A stretch of DNA of 63,654 nt, filler included, from Octopus bimaculoides (GCF_001194135.2; 7 parts of 6 records of this genome joined end to end with filler, not necessarily neighbours in it); one strand, 5' to 3'. Counted from the whole stretch's first letter, positions 1 through 12,122 are shown. Program-made: numbers and translations. The notes: generated by a model not told the origin, from the sequence alone.

Positions 1-186
1 GACACGTAAAAGCACCCACTACACTCTCTGAGTGGTTGGCGTTAGGAAGGGCATCCAGCTGTAGAAACTCTGCCAAATTAGATTGGAGCCTGGTGTTGCC
101 ATCCGGTTTCACCAGTCCTCAGTCAAATCGTCCAACCCATGCTAGCATGGAAAGCGGACGTTAAACGATGATGATGATGATGATGA
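1..186 (+). mobile_element. Interspersed retroposon family B (RTE-type 3' end, (GAT)n tail), 5' end outside window
   Basis: Body gcacccactacactc...ggcgttaggaagggcatccagctgtagaaac...ccaacccatgctagcatggaaagcggacgttaaac plus (GAT)n tail. Recurs at about 5711-5920, 9222-9420, 17826-18040(-), 24822-24882(-), 34849-35135, 37718-37978, 38324-38385 and 44891-44975(-). Confidence 0.85.
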
Positions 187-285
187 TTGTAGGGTAGGTG
201 TGAGAGGCTTAATCTAGCTGGTTTCAACATAAAGCTGGTAGAATATTTGGGCCAGATATGTCCGATTTGAATCTTAAAGGGTTAA
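187..285 (-). mobile_element. piggyBac-like MITE terminal fragment (TTAA-CCC end)
   Basis: Ends in aaagggTTAA at 276-285. Its reverse complement aligns to the interrupted copy at 471-960 (shared gcctctcacacctacc core). A matching terminus occurs at 23821-23868. Confidence 0.6.
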
Positions 286-470
286 TGGCTGAGTTGTTTT
301 GCATAAGATAATCATTTTCTCCATTGGAGCCTCATTTTGTTTTAAATTACTTTTTGCTACAATTCCTAAACTTTTCACTCTTTTCAAGCATGAGTCCATT
401 GGTAAACACTTTTTATCTTCCCCTGTCTTTCTCATTGACTGAATAGTTCTATTTCTTATTTCTTATTTCA

Positions 471-960
471 TTAGCATTTAAACCAGTGGTTCCCAGAATG
501 GTACTGTTCCCCCACCCCTAGGAGTAGTGGAAAGTGGTGGTGGTGGTGTTCATTGAAGAAAAATGGGGCAATAATGGGGGTAATCAAAAGGTGGGCAATA
601 GATGTGAAAACAACAAAATAATGGGTTGTGAATATACAGTTGTTTTGAATTTGCTGCAGAGAGTGGTCTGTGTTTGTTGTGGTGAGTTGGGGACAGGTGC
701 TAAGAATGTGACTTGAGTGCCAAGGGGGCAGAGCCTGTAAAAGTTTGGGAGCCAGAGATTTAAACCAATTATATCCAACCAAACTATTCCACATGTTTCA
801 TGTTCAAACTGGCCAGATCCAGCCTCTCACACCTACCTTACAAGACAAACAATCGCATCATCAAAATCTCAAAGCTACATTATAATGCATGATTAATTGG
901 AAAAAATGTGAATATAGAAGTATTACTTTTGACAAAATAATCTGAATGTTGAAGAGTGAA
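471..960 (+). mobile_element. piggyBac-like MITE interrupted by a hAT MITE
   Basis: 471-483 plus 766-960 rejoin into a copy homologous to the reverse complement of 187-285; termini degenerate. Confidence 0.55.
484..757. mobile_element. hAT-superfamily MITE (274 bp)
   Basis: Exact 8-bp TSD ATTTAAAC at 476-483 and 758-765. TIRs cagtggttccca / tgggagccagag (9/12 match). CAG terminus and 8-bp TSD are hAT hallmarks. Confidence 0.8.
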
Positions 961-1019
961 ATATTTTGTAAAGAGTACATGATGATTTGTCTATAATTTT
1001 TTTTTTTGTCTGTCTTCAG

Positions 1020-1052
1020 AAATATGAAATACCTAACAACTGGATGTTTAGA
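1020..1052 (+). CDS. FEN1: Flap endonuclease 1, 33-nt internal exon (KYEIPNNWMFR)
   Basis: ttcag acceptor ends 1019; GTAAGT donor at 1053; phase 0/0. Matches the vertebrate FEN1 KYPVPENWLHK segment and splices in frame to the next exon. Confidence 0.9.
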
Positions 1053-1316
1053 GTAAGTTATTCATTTTGCACCTATTTACACAATGTAATATTTGGCATA
1101 TTTTATTATCAATATATCCATGCCTTTGCCTAAAATTGAGTTCCACACAATGCATTTCAGGTTCAATCCCACTGCATGGCATTTTTGGTTAGCATCTTAT
1201 ACTCTAGCCCTGGGCTAACTAAAGATTTGTGCGTGAATTTTGATGACACAAACTGACAGAAGCCCTTATATATGTGTGCTTTTATGTATGTTTGTGTCTC
1301 CTTATCTTAACCTCAC

Positions 1317-1696
1317 GGGGGCGCAATGGCCCAGTGGTTAGGGCAGCGTACTCGCAGTCATAGGATCGTGGTTTCGATTCCCAGACCGGGCGTTGTGAGT
1401 GTTTATTGATCGAAAACACCTAAAGCTCCACGAGGCTCCGGCAGTGGATGGTGGCGAACCCTGCTGTACTCTTTCACCACATCTTTCTCTCACTCTTACT
1501 TCATGTTTCTGTTGTGCCTGTAATTCAAAGGGTCAGCCTTGTCACACTGTGTCACACAGAATATCCCCGAGAACTACGTTAAGGGTACACGTGTCTGTGG
1601 AGTGCTCAGCCACTTGCACGTTAATTTCACGAGCAGGCTGTTCCGTTGATCGGATCAACTGGAACCCTTGTCGTCGTAAGCGACGGAATGCCAACA
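1317..1696 (+). mobile_element. Full-length tRNA-derived SINE, family A
   Basis: A box tggcccagtgg and B box ggtttcgattcc; exact 13-bp TSD ATCTTAACCTCAC at 1304-1316 and 1697-1709. Other copies at 6644-6994, 43816-44200, 22360-22650 (partial) and 15560-15655 (3' part). Confidence 0.9.
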
Positions 1697-1987
1697 ATCT
1701 TAACCTCACACAATAGATATGAGAAAAATGTCGCTGTCCTACTAGTGATGTGCCTTGCTTCTAGTCTTCAATGAAAGCAAGCCCAGCCATGGGGAATATT
1801 ACTTTGCTTGGAAACAGACGATGGTTGGCAACAGGAAGAGTATTGAGCCATAGAAAATCTGCTTCAACAAATTGTTTGACCCATGCAAGCATGGAAAGTG
1901 GATATTAAAATGGCCGTGTTCATTATATTACCAACTTCTTTTTGTCATTGTAATGAATGTGATATATTTAGTTTTATTATTTTTCAG

Positions 1988-2041
1988 GAAGCAAGAGAGC
2001 TGTTTCAGAAACCAGAAGTTACTGATCCTGTTTCACTTGAT
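1988..2041 (+). CDS. FEN1: FEN1 internal exon (EARELFQKPEVTDPVSLD)
   Basis: tttcag acceptor, GTGAGT donor at 2042, phase 0/0; aligns to FEN1 EAHQLFLEPEVLDPESVE. Confidence 0.93.
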
Positions 2042-2086
2042 GTGAGTAAACTATTACCTTGCCTTTAATACTTCTACATAATCTAA

Positions 2087-2290
2087 AGCAGTGAGTTGGC
2101 TGGATTGGTAGCAAAATGCTTTCTGGAATTTTTGTCTGTCTTTACATTCTGAGTTCAAACTCTGCTGAGGTTTACTTTGTCTTTCATCTTTTTGGGTGGA
2201 TGAAATAAGTACCAGTTGAGCACTGGAGTCAATGTAATTGACTTACCCCTTCCACCGAAATTGCTAGCCTTGTGTCAGAATTTGAAAGTT
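2087..2290 (+). mobile_element. tRNA-derived SINE family D (Meta-domain-like middle), degenerate
   Basis: B box gagttcaaac, then tttcatc...gatgaaataagtaccag. Better copy at about 16640-16843(-); others at 9840-9985(-), 29036-29062(-, 5' tip), 35870-36030 and 62520-62630(-). The Meta-domain label is from memory. Confidence 0.7.
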
Positions 2291-3690
2291 TGCATTGCTC
2301 TATAAATTCAGACTCAGTGGTAGGAAGGATTAAAACTTGAAAAAGAAAGTTTTGGACAAAAGTCCCAATAGCAAATATAAATAATATTGAATTATTAAGT
2401 AGAGGTATGAACTTAGAATTAGCTAAGTTTATAAATATGAATCAAAGACTGAAAATTGCTTAGATGCTTGGTATAGGATAGTTGTTAAGGTGGCTTTGCC
2501 TGTATCACTAACTTTAGCTGAGTAAAGGGAAAAAAAGTTCTTTTGAAAACAGGTGCCTGGACTGCAGGCCCCTTGCTGCTCAACCACACCAATAATAGCT
2601 ACATCATTATGTAACAACAACTGTACAGGCTGATAGTAACTGTAACAGTCCTTATACAAACAAATGAAATAACAATGGTGGCAGAAGAGACAAGCAAAAG
2701 GAACTTTGATGCATTTTGATATATTAGAAACAGCAGTCAAATTTCCTTCAAATCACCCCCTGCTCTCTTAGAAAATTGAAGAACACAGATTTATATAAAA
2801 AGGCAAACATGATGGTCACAGCTGGAATGCCTTTGATCTTAGGTCTGCTCCATCAAGGTTGAGTTAGGGCTAAACAACTAGCAACGAACATGAAAGCATG
2901 AATCAGTGTTTTCTTATTTAGCCCATTAGAAATAGCAACCGATTTTCCTTCAAAGCATACAGTACCATCTTCCAAAAAATATTGGATACTGTGGTGTACT
3001 GGGTGTGCATAAAAGACAGAGTGGTTATGGTTGAAACATCTTTGGTTATAGGTTTGGTCAGTCAGGACTGACTTAGAGTTGAACAGTCACAATGAAAGCA
3101 TCAAAAAAGAATCATTTCTCATCATTGAAAGCTGGTTGGCATTTGGTCTAATCTTGATGTCCAAGATTCTGATGAAAAGCACTATTAACATTGGAAGAAT
3201 TAGAAAGTGGGGCTTTTAACCAAAGTAGTTGTTGACAATGATATGGTGATTAGTATAGAAAAGGAAACAAGGACTCTGTTGTAGTAGGTTATCACTATAC
3301 CAATCCTAAGGATGTGTATTGTAAACCTGTATTTGCTGGGGAGGGGCATTAAACACAAACTAAAAGATTAGTAATGAAATTAGGTGCCAGTCTTCCATGG
3401 AGATTAGGTTTGTACTGGGTCTCTGTCATACCGGGAATTCTCTTGTAGTCAGTGATGCAACGGAAATAGGGTATAATGCATCGTGTTTCAGTCATCTTCA
3501 CACTGACTGCAGACTTAAAGTGCTTGCATTAGTTTATTCTATCAAAGATATACAATAGCCAGGAGTTTGGGGAGGCTTGCATTGATTAATATTTTAAGCC
3601 CGCATAAAGAAATATCTCTTGAGAGCAATCAGTTTTTAATAAAATTTGATGAAACTTAACTTTTTTTCATTTTTGTTTATTATTCAATAG

Positions 3691-3755
3691 CTAAAATGGA
3701 TAGAACCCAAAGAAGAAGAACTAGTTCAATTTATGGTTGAAGAGAAACAATTCAA
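3691..3755 (+). CDS. FEN1: FEN1 internal exon (LKWIEPKEEELVQFMVEEKQF)
   Basis: aatag acceptor, GTAAGT donor at 3756, phase 0/2; aligns to FEN1 [21 protein letters not shown]. Confidence 0.95.
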
Positions 3756-4871
3756 GTAAGTTTAATTGTATTTCTAGTATTGTGTGTCTAGTTTCCTAGG
3801 TTTCATTCTTAAGTTTGGCCAACCTTTTAATAAGATTGTTGACTTAAACTGCACAACTATGGATGACATAGACTAAAAGGATTCCTCATATGACACAAAT
3901 TAATATTAGGTTTCAGAATTTAAACCTTTAAACCACACCCCCATCTCTCTCCTTCTCCCCATGTGCCATGTCTGTCACAGTCATCAGTATCATGGATTTT
4001 TGTACCAAAGTCTGAAGATTAATGAATTTTCTTGAGAAAAATACAGTAATGGTTTGCCATTGTGTTCTACCTTTTATTTACAGTTTACTCTTCTAGTCCC
4101 CTGCTCTCCCAAGCTTATCTTTGAGGTACAGAGCCTATTTAAACTTTGGAGATGGGAACTGGCACATGTGGTGTCAGGACATGGTCACACCACTAGTGCA
4201 GCTCTAACACACATCTTGGGCCAGCCCACCTTCAAGTCCTGTATTGCTTAGCCAGAGAACCATCATCTGCTATGTGACCTGTAACTGGGACTGTTAACAG
4301 GTATTACCATCCCAGGCCAGAGCAGACCTAGGGGTAGTGGTCACTAAGGCATTACTCTCCCCAAACACCTGAACTCCCAAGCTAGAGCCTTATCACCAGG
4401 TGTGTTTTGATACATTATGATTTAAATATTTTTACAATTCCATAAGCCCTGATATTAGGATAAACTCTCCATACATTCCAAAGGCAAATTTTTAGATGTC
4501 TTGTCAATTTTTATCCAAATTTCTACATGGATTTTCAGCTTTACATTGATTTTTTTTTTTCAAAATGCTGTGATAATAGTTTTCTTTGCATCATGTGAAT
4601 TGAATTGTTTCAAAATATGTAAATGCAAACAATATATAGATTATGGATTTAAAGCAATAGATTTAACACCAACAACTTCGCAGTGTGTACTGGTTGCTTT
4701 TTGCATGACGGCTCTTGTGAAGTGACCGAATATCTTGCAAGATCAAGAAAAGAATAGAAAGGAAAAGTTGACATTAAAACAATTATGATGATGACAGGAA
4801 CTTTTAACTGTACAATTGGTATTTTGTGTGTTCAGTACGTTTCCTTTTCTTTTTTTTTATCTCGCATTTAG

Positions 4872-4986
4872 TGAGGACAGAATTAGAAATGGCATCAAGA
4901 AATTAAAGAAAGCTCGCCAAGGTTCAACGCAAGGAAGATTAGATAATTTCTTTCAAGTGACATCAGTAAATTCAACAAAGCGAAAG
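4872..4986 (+). CDS. FEN1: FEN1 exon with PCNA-binding PIP box ([38 protein letters not shown])
   Basis: tttag acceptor, GTATCT donor at 4987, phase 2/0. QGRLDNFF corresponds to the FEN1 PIP box QGRLDDFF. Confidence 0.97.
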
Positions 4987-7585
4987 GTATCTATTGTTCA
5001 CTTCATTAAACATTTTCTTTTGGTTAAAAGCTTTATGTGTATACAGTCGTTTTGTAGCCATATTTCTACATGTTTAAATAAACAGATAAAAATAGACAAC
5101 TAGGAGGGATTTAATAAGCAGTACTCAAGACCTGCCAGTCACAACAGAATTGATATCCTAAAACCATGTTAGTAATTAATACTTGTTCATGAGGGGCTTT
5201 GCTCTGTCAATCTTCTCCCTCCACCGTCATTTCATCCCCTAACACCCATCGTTTCCTCTATCACCTGAGAGCAGAACAGACACATACAATCCCCCTGCCT
5301 ACTTGTCTGCACCTTCTCTCCCCTCCTTGTACTGTTCTCCATCATAATATCTCACTTATCTGCTATCACACTCAATGCCCCCACATATCTACTGCCCCAG
5401 CTTCTGAGCTCTCTATATTTTACTCCATCATTTGCTACAGTTACCTCATCTTGCCCTCTTATCCAAATCAATCTTCTCAATGTCACTTGAGGGCATGTAC
5501 CAACAAACACATTTCTGCCATCATATTTCATTATCACTCCCTTTATCTTACTTTCCATTGTTTTTTAACTGGGGTATCCATGTATCTACCCTACAGCAAG
5601 ACACCTACATCTTTCTCTTCTATACCTTAAATATCTCATCTGAAACAAAACCACACTGCCTCAATACTACTTCTCCTCCCTTGCAGTTAACAGTTTTTTG
5701 TTTTGCAAGGTACTTGGTGATCCTATTGATGCTGGTGTCACATAAAAAGCACCCATTACACTCTGTAAAGTAGTTGATGTTAGGAAGGGCATCCAGCTGT
5801 AGAAACCTTGCCAAAACAGACTATGGAACTGGTGTGGCTCCTGGCCTTGCCAGCTCCTGTCAAACCATCCAACTCATGCCAGCATGGAAAATGGACATAC
5901 AATGATGATGAGGATGATGTTGAACTTAACTTTTTTCATTATAAATTTGGTATTTCAAACATAACTTAACAAAATGTTCTTACATAAAATAACGATCGGT
6001 TTTGGAACCAAATATCGTGTCAAGTGGGTTGGTATTGAGAGAGTTAATCATTAATTAATGTCTTACAGCACAAGTGTAAAGAGAGCAAAATTGACCTGAA
6101 GCCTTAAATCTATAGATTTTATAGTCTTCAAGGTATCAGGTTATCCTTTAATGATACTCGGTTTTGTGTTTGTAGGGTTAATGTAGATACAGGCATGGCT
6201 GTGTGGTTAAGAAGTTTACTTTCCACCTACATGGTTTTATGTTCAGTCCCACTGCCTGGCACTTTTGGTCTGTGTCTTCTGGTATAGCTCCAGGCCAACC
6301 AAAGACTTGAGAGTCAGTTTGATAGATGGAAACTGAAAGAAGCCTGTCATATATGTGTGTGTGTCCTTGTTATCACATTACAGAATTATTGTAGATGAAT
6401 GTCATTCATTTCTGATTTGTGAAAACATGTTTGAACATGGGGGAAATATTGCCCTCTTTGGAAGCAGGTGAGGGTTGGCAAGAGGAAGGGCATCTGGCCA
6501 CAGAAAATCTGCTTCAATAAACTCTCTCTGACAGCAGGAACTACATCTTGCCATAAAATATTTGCCTTATCTAACCCATTGTAGGGGATACTGTCACATG
6601 TTAAGAAAATTAGGTTTATATGTATGATGTTGTTCAGCCCCCTGCGCAATGGCCCTGTGGTTAGGGCAGCGGACTCGCAGTCATAGGATCGCAGATTTGA
6701 CTGGGCATTGTGTTTATTGAGCGAAAACGCATAAAGCTCCACAAGGCTCTGGCAGGGGGTGGTAACGAACCCTACTGTACTCTTTCACCACAACTTTCTC
6801 TCACTCTTACTTCCTGTTTCTGTAGTACCAGTATTTCAAAGGGCCAGCCTTATCATGCTGAATCTCCTCGAGAACTACATTAAGGGTACACGTATCTGTG
6901 GAGTGCTCAGCCACTTGCATGTTAATTTCATGAGCAGGCTGTTCCAGTGATCAGATCAACTGGAACCCTTGTCGTCGTAACTGACGGAGTGCCATTGGTT
7001 GATCCAGAATTATAGAAGACACTTTCCCAAGGTGTCACACAGTAAGGCTGAACCCAAAACCACATGGTTACAATGAAAGCTTCTTCCACCACATAACCAT
7101 TCTTTACTGGTGTGAGATCTTTCTTATACCACTTCGTCATTCAGTTCTTAGACCCGACTCTGCAGATTTCCTCTGCAAAATCAAGGTAACTGCTGCCCAT
7201 CTGAGGAATGAGGTGGAGTGCTTGTTGCAGAAAGTGTCACAAGCCATTCTCTGCAGTAACACTTTTGCAATTATGTCTGTGGGGTGCAACTAAACACACC
7301 ATTACCCCCCCCAAACCATCTTATGCTGCTTGACTCATCCTTTCTTTTTTCATTGTTTCCTTAGTGAGGTAGCTATGGGGAATTTTTCTTCATAATTTAA
7401 TCTTTCATACTTTTAATGTTTTTCTTTTTTTGTTTTGTTCCTGTAAAAACATGTTGATAAAATGTAATTCAAATATTTTGCCTAAAATATTTTTTATTCA
7501 TTTTCATTTAAAATATCTCTTATTCAAGTACATCTAATACATTTATCATTCAATTTCATCTGATGTCTTTATCATTTAATTTCAG

Positions 7586-7651
7586 TCTAATGATATGAAA
7601 GGTGACCCTAAAAAGAAAGCCAAAAACAACAGTTTCAAGAAAAAAAAGTAA
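7586..7651 (+). CDS. FEN1: FEN1 terminal coding exon, basic tail (SNDMKGDPKKKAKNNSFKKKK*)
   Basis: tttcag acceptor, phase 0, TAA at 7649-7651; lysine-rich tail as in FEN1 orthologues. Confidence 0.85.
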   Translation, partial: SNDMKGDPKKKAKNNSFKKKK

Positions 7652-7712
7652 ATGAATTTTATCAGAGAAAAATCATGTAACTTCTTCACATTTAAACAGA
7701 CCATATGTAGTA

Positions 7713-7718
7713 AATAAA
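7713..7718 (+). terminator. FEN1: Putative FEN1 polyadenylation signal AATAAA
   Basis: First canonical hexamer after the stop, followed by T-rich sequence. Confidence 0.5.
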
Positions 7719-8242
7719 GTTCCAATTTTCGCTGCTTTTAGCAATATGTTTTCATTTTCTACATTAAAATGTTTTATGTTGTCTTTCTTCAACAATACAT
7801 ACAAATTTGTGTGTTTTATATGTATGTACATACATAGATACATACTGAACTGCTGTGCTAATTGTTTAGTCACAGGTCCACTCTAATTTTTCAGAACTAT
7901 ATTATCGAGTTTGAGCTTTTTAAAACAATAGTTTATATATTTACAATTTGTGGAGATTTTGTTATCTCTAGCATTGGTGCAGGTGTAGTTCTATGGCTAA
8001 GAAGCTTGCTTCCTGACTTTGTGGTATAGGGTTCAGTTCCATTGCATAGCACCTAGGGCAAATATATTCTACTATAGCCCTAGGTCAACCAAAGCCTTGT
8101 GAATGGATTTCATTGACAGAAACCTGCCGAGTGTGTATATATATGTATGTCTGGCCATGGGGAAATGGTTTCTTGCTTGGAAAGTAAGGGTTGTTGACAG
8201 GAAAAGCATCCAGCCATTAAAAAAGTCTACCTCAATGAATTT

Positions 8243-8640
8243 CACTCTGAGTAAGAGGCCCTTTGTTACCAGCAGTGATAGGAGCTCTCTGAACTTTGCC
8301 CAGGCTATTCTTATTCTAGCATCTACGCCCTCAGAGCATCCACCCCCACTACTGACTTGGTCACCTAAGTAACAGAAGCTATCAACTACTTCTAGTTTCT
8401 TCCCTTGGCATGTGATGGAATCTGTTTTCTGTGCATCTTCGGTGTTTATTGCCCCTGTGCTGCTGCCACACACAAAAACTATCTTTCCAGTTAGTCTTCC
8501 TTTGATATTGTTGCACCACTTATGTGTCCATAGCTTACACCAGGTACGTCTTATGGAGTTTCTACGTAATCCTTTTCTACAGATCGAGCAGGGGTATATG
8601 AGAGTAAAGGTTGCATGCAAAGATTTTATGCTCTGCCTAA
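8243..8640 (-). mobile_element. RTE-clade LINE ORF fragment (Cys-rich insert plus RT thumb region)
   Basis: ORF 8072-8647 reads YPCSICRKG...LEVVDSFCYLGDQVSSGGGCSEGVDARIRIAWAKFRELL, the typical RTE YLG / RI..AW..F motif set; truncated at both ends. Confidence 0.85.
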
Positions 8641-10264
8641 TAGCCATCTATATATCGTACTTAATGTATATACGCCATTTATTGGGTATTAACTGCAGTA
8701 TTTGTTTGAAAATAACATCTTATGGGCATGCTTTATTAAAAACAAATATCAGAGAGGGATGAAGGATCACCCCAGCATGTGGCTGCTTGCAAGTACTTAT
8801 TCAAATGGCTGAAATGCATCTAACATTCTCACTGCTGCTGGAGTGATTTTCGTTCCCCTCCAATCTGTGTGTTTTTAACAGTACATCTATGAGAGAAGTT
8901 ATTTCAGGACAAATACCACAGTAACTGGCCTATCAACAATGTATATACATTAAATATGACACATAAAGAGCCATTTTGAATTAATACTGTCTCAATTGTG
9001 TATACCAGATTGAGACACTGATTGACCCTACAACAGATGGTGGAGAGTCAAGGAAGGATGGAGCTGCTATGAGTGAAGAGCAGGGTGTCAGGTATCGGTA
9101 GGAGGTTAATATATGTAGTGGAAATTATCCCTGTCCCACTATCATACTCTAACTTCTCACCTGGTACACAAACACTTCCCCCAGTTCCACTCTCTTTCTC
9201 TCTCAACTAAGGGAGTTATTTGGTGCCCCTGCTGGCGCTGGTACCATGTAAAAAGCACCCAGTACACTCTGTAAAATAATTGGGTGTTAGAGAGGGCATC
9301 CAGCTATAGAAACAATGCCCAAACTGACAATTGGAGTCTGGTGCAGTTCTCTGGCTTGCCAGCTTCTATCAAACTGTCCAACCCATGCCAGCAAGGAAAA
9401 CAGATGTTAAATGATGATGGAAAATGTGACAACTTAGGAACAGCGCATGCTTGGTTGGTACACAATAGAATTTAAGGAAACATTTGATTCCTGCATACAT
9501 TAGAGCAGTTTATGAAAACCGATTATGCTGCAGTGGTACAATTCCCATTTGGACAAGTGAAAATTATTGAATTATATAAAATAATGGCTTCTAACTTATG
9601 TTGCACGATTTGGTGGAGAATAGGGACAAAAAATGAAAATTAAAATGTTTCTGTCAACATAGTAAGAGCTTTGACCGACTGACTGTTCTAACCAATTCTT
9701 TATCATCCAGGGGCATCAGATCAGAGCTCTTACTATGCTGACATCACCATTTTAATTCTCCCTTTTTTCCCCCCCTGTTTGTCCCTATTCGCTCCAAGCC
9801 ATGGTACAAGGCCATTTATTTTGAGATGGGGGTTTGTTGATAGGCTGGTACTTTATTTTATCAATCTTGAAAGGATGAAAGGCGAAGTTGACTTTGGTAA
9901 GATTTGAACTGAGAATGTAAAGAGCCAGAAGAAATATTGCAAAGCAATCTTGAGACATTCTAATGATTCTGCCAGCTTGCCTCCCAAAATTAAGTCATTT
10001 TCCAATACAATTGCTGTTTACTACTTGTACACTGGATTGCATGGTGAATCCTTCCCAGAACATGATCCCTCAGTATTTTCCTTGCCCCAAGAACATCTAC
10101 TGCATTGATCTCAGAAGGTCTCTCTTTCCTCTAGACCAAACTGTTCAAAGTAAGGTCAGAATGGCCACAACTAGAACACCTTTGATCTTCGGTCTGCTTG
10201 GTTAGGATTGACCTTAACAAAAAACAAAACTCAATAACTCATCATCACTGTCTTGCAACAAGAC

Positions 10265-10666
10265 CAGTGGTTCTCAACCATCTTTTGCCTATGGAACCCT
10301 TTTGATTTTTATTTTACTATCCAGGAACCCCACAGCTTTTCGATATTTAATAAAATCCTATTATACAGGGTGTCCATGGAGTAAATAAAATCATATCATA
10401 AATATACGAAATAATAATTTCTTATAATTAAAGTAGGTCTTAATCCCCATGTGGGTACATGGAGTAAATAAAATAAACAAATATAAGAAATAATAATTTT
10501 TTAGAGTATGTGTTGATCCCCATGTACCCAGACTTTGTAGATACCCTGTATTTTTATAAATATTAAGAGTTGTACAAAAAAAAAATGTTATGTATTGTAG
10601 AAGTATTAGCAATTTATTACACATAAATTTTAACAAAATCTTATGGACCCCAGTTGAGAACCACTG
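10265..10666. mobile_element. hAT MITE with a nested Tc1/mariner-type MITE
   Basis: Perfect 14-bp TIRs CAGTGGTTCTCAAC (10265-10278) / GTTGAGAACCACTG (10653-10666); decayed 8-bp TSD aacaagac / aactacac. Confidence 0.85.
10366..10548. mobile_element. Tc1/mariner-type MITE nested in the hAT MITE
   Basis: TA|cagggtgtcca ... tagataccctg|TA; TIRs match 9/11; TA flanks on both sides. Confidence 0.65.
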
Positions 10667-11207
10667 AACTACACAAAATAAAATGTAATAAATAAATAAA
10701 GATTGTGTAGATTAGAATTTTTTTGTCTTTATTTTGGCTATTCTTAAATATTTACATTTCAACACGATTTCTGTTAATAGAGAAGTAATGTTTTGTGTTA
10801 CATAACATATCCCGTTTTTTAATGAATATTTACAAAAATAATTACAGTTCTATAAATTTTGAAAGAACATTCTCTTATAACGTTCTTAACGATACACCAG
10901 GTTCTTTGTTTGAATGAAAATCACATTAAAAAAAAAAGTTTGCTTTGGCGCTAAGAAAATTTGCCCAATTTGTAGAAAGTATAGGAAAATATTTTTTTTT
11001 CAGTGCATCCCACTTCATACATTTTTTTTCTATAGCTAAATTCTGACAAACATTCAATGCAAATATTGCAAAAAGTGAGACGATATGAAATACAAGTGTT
11101 GATCCATATTTTTGTAAATTTATATAGTCCTGGATTTCAATAGTCTTTAAGGTATAATAACCCACGGTTAAACATATTTAATACTCGTATCATTAATGAA
11201 TAAAAAT

Positions 11208-11557
11208 TTACAAAATGTTTGCATTTAACATTGACTGAAGTTGCTCTGGAATAGGAGAACCTTTTTGAACAAATAAACTTCTACATAATTTCAGTTCTTG
11301 GACAAGGGTTTTGATTTTTTCTTCTAGCTGTTTGTTTTCTTCTTTGAGTTGAGACACACGGTTCTGTGTTACAACTCTCTTCGATTTAGCTTTGATTCTG
11401 CTTTTACGGACAGCAACGTTGTTACGTTCACGTTTATTTCTATATTCTTTGTCAGTGACCAGTTTATTAGTAGTTACTGTCAAATCAGGCGGTGAAGTTT
11501 CCAAACAAAGTTCTGAATTATATAAATCCGATTCTTTTATTGTTGACAAATTACTTT
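11208..11557 (-). CDS. CEBPG: C/EBP-family bZIP transcription factor, coding exon 2 (bZIP at about 11271-11453)
   Basis: DKEYRNKRERNNVAVRKSRIKAKSKRVVTQNRVSQLKEENKQLEEKIKTLVQEL is a C/EBP basic region and leucine zipper; zipper closest to C/EBPgamma. tttcag acceptor at 11558; TAA stop. Family certain, gamma subtype tentative. Confidence 0.9.
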
Positions 11558-12122
11558 CTGAAAAGAAAGGAAGAAAAATTCAGTTTGAAAAAAACATTTG
11601 TCCACTCTTTATACTTTTTGAATATGTTTCAAATGTCACCTCATTTAGATCTAGCATAAGTTTTCTCCATGAAATAAGAAACCTTTGGTTTTACACCAAA
11701 TGGTTTCAAAATCATTGCTGATATAAAATCAATTTTAACTAATGAGAAGCAATTATAGGTAAGTTTATAATTGCAAGAACCTAGAGATTTTAATAATGAA
11801 ATACATTGTTTGACTGGATTGATTAATTTATTGAAAAAGAAAACTTTAATAATTTACATGTAACAAAGCTCGAAAGATCGCCCCCGAAATTAAATTAATT
11901 TATATATCTATTTATATAGTCCTATATCGAGCTGTATTTTAAGAGAATATATTCCAAAAACGATATTAATGAAAAAAAAAAAATCTAAATGAAAACTAAT
12001 ATTTTGTTTCTTCTAGACTGGAGCAAAATCTTTCCACTTCAAACTGATATCGATAACGGGGGCATAGGTGTTGCAGAAATAAGTTATAAAAAAATATGCC
12101 GCATGTTGAAAACTTTCAGCGA

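Noticed and set aside
1317-1395. tRNA-like sequences (also at 6644, 31655, 33268, 43816, 44238)
   Set aside because: They are SINE heads continuing into repeat bodies; no complete cloverleaf.
3444-3511. C/D-box snoRNA-like arrangement in a FEN1 intron (GTGATGC ... CTGA with a tgtag/ctgca stem)
   Set aside because: The C box is imperfect, the bulge is too long for a canonical k-turn, and no rRNA/snRNA guide complementarity could be identified by eye.
11392-11721. 109-aa + strand ORF
   Set aside because: It is the antisense shadow of the C/EBP bZIP exon.
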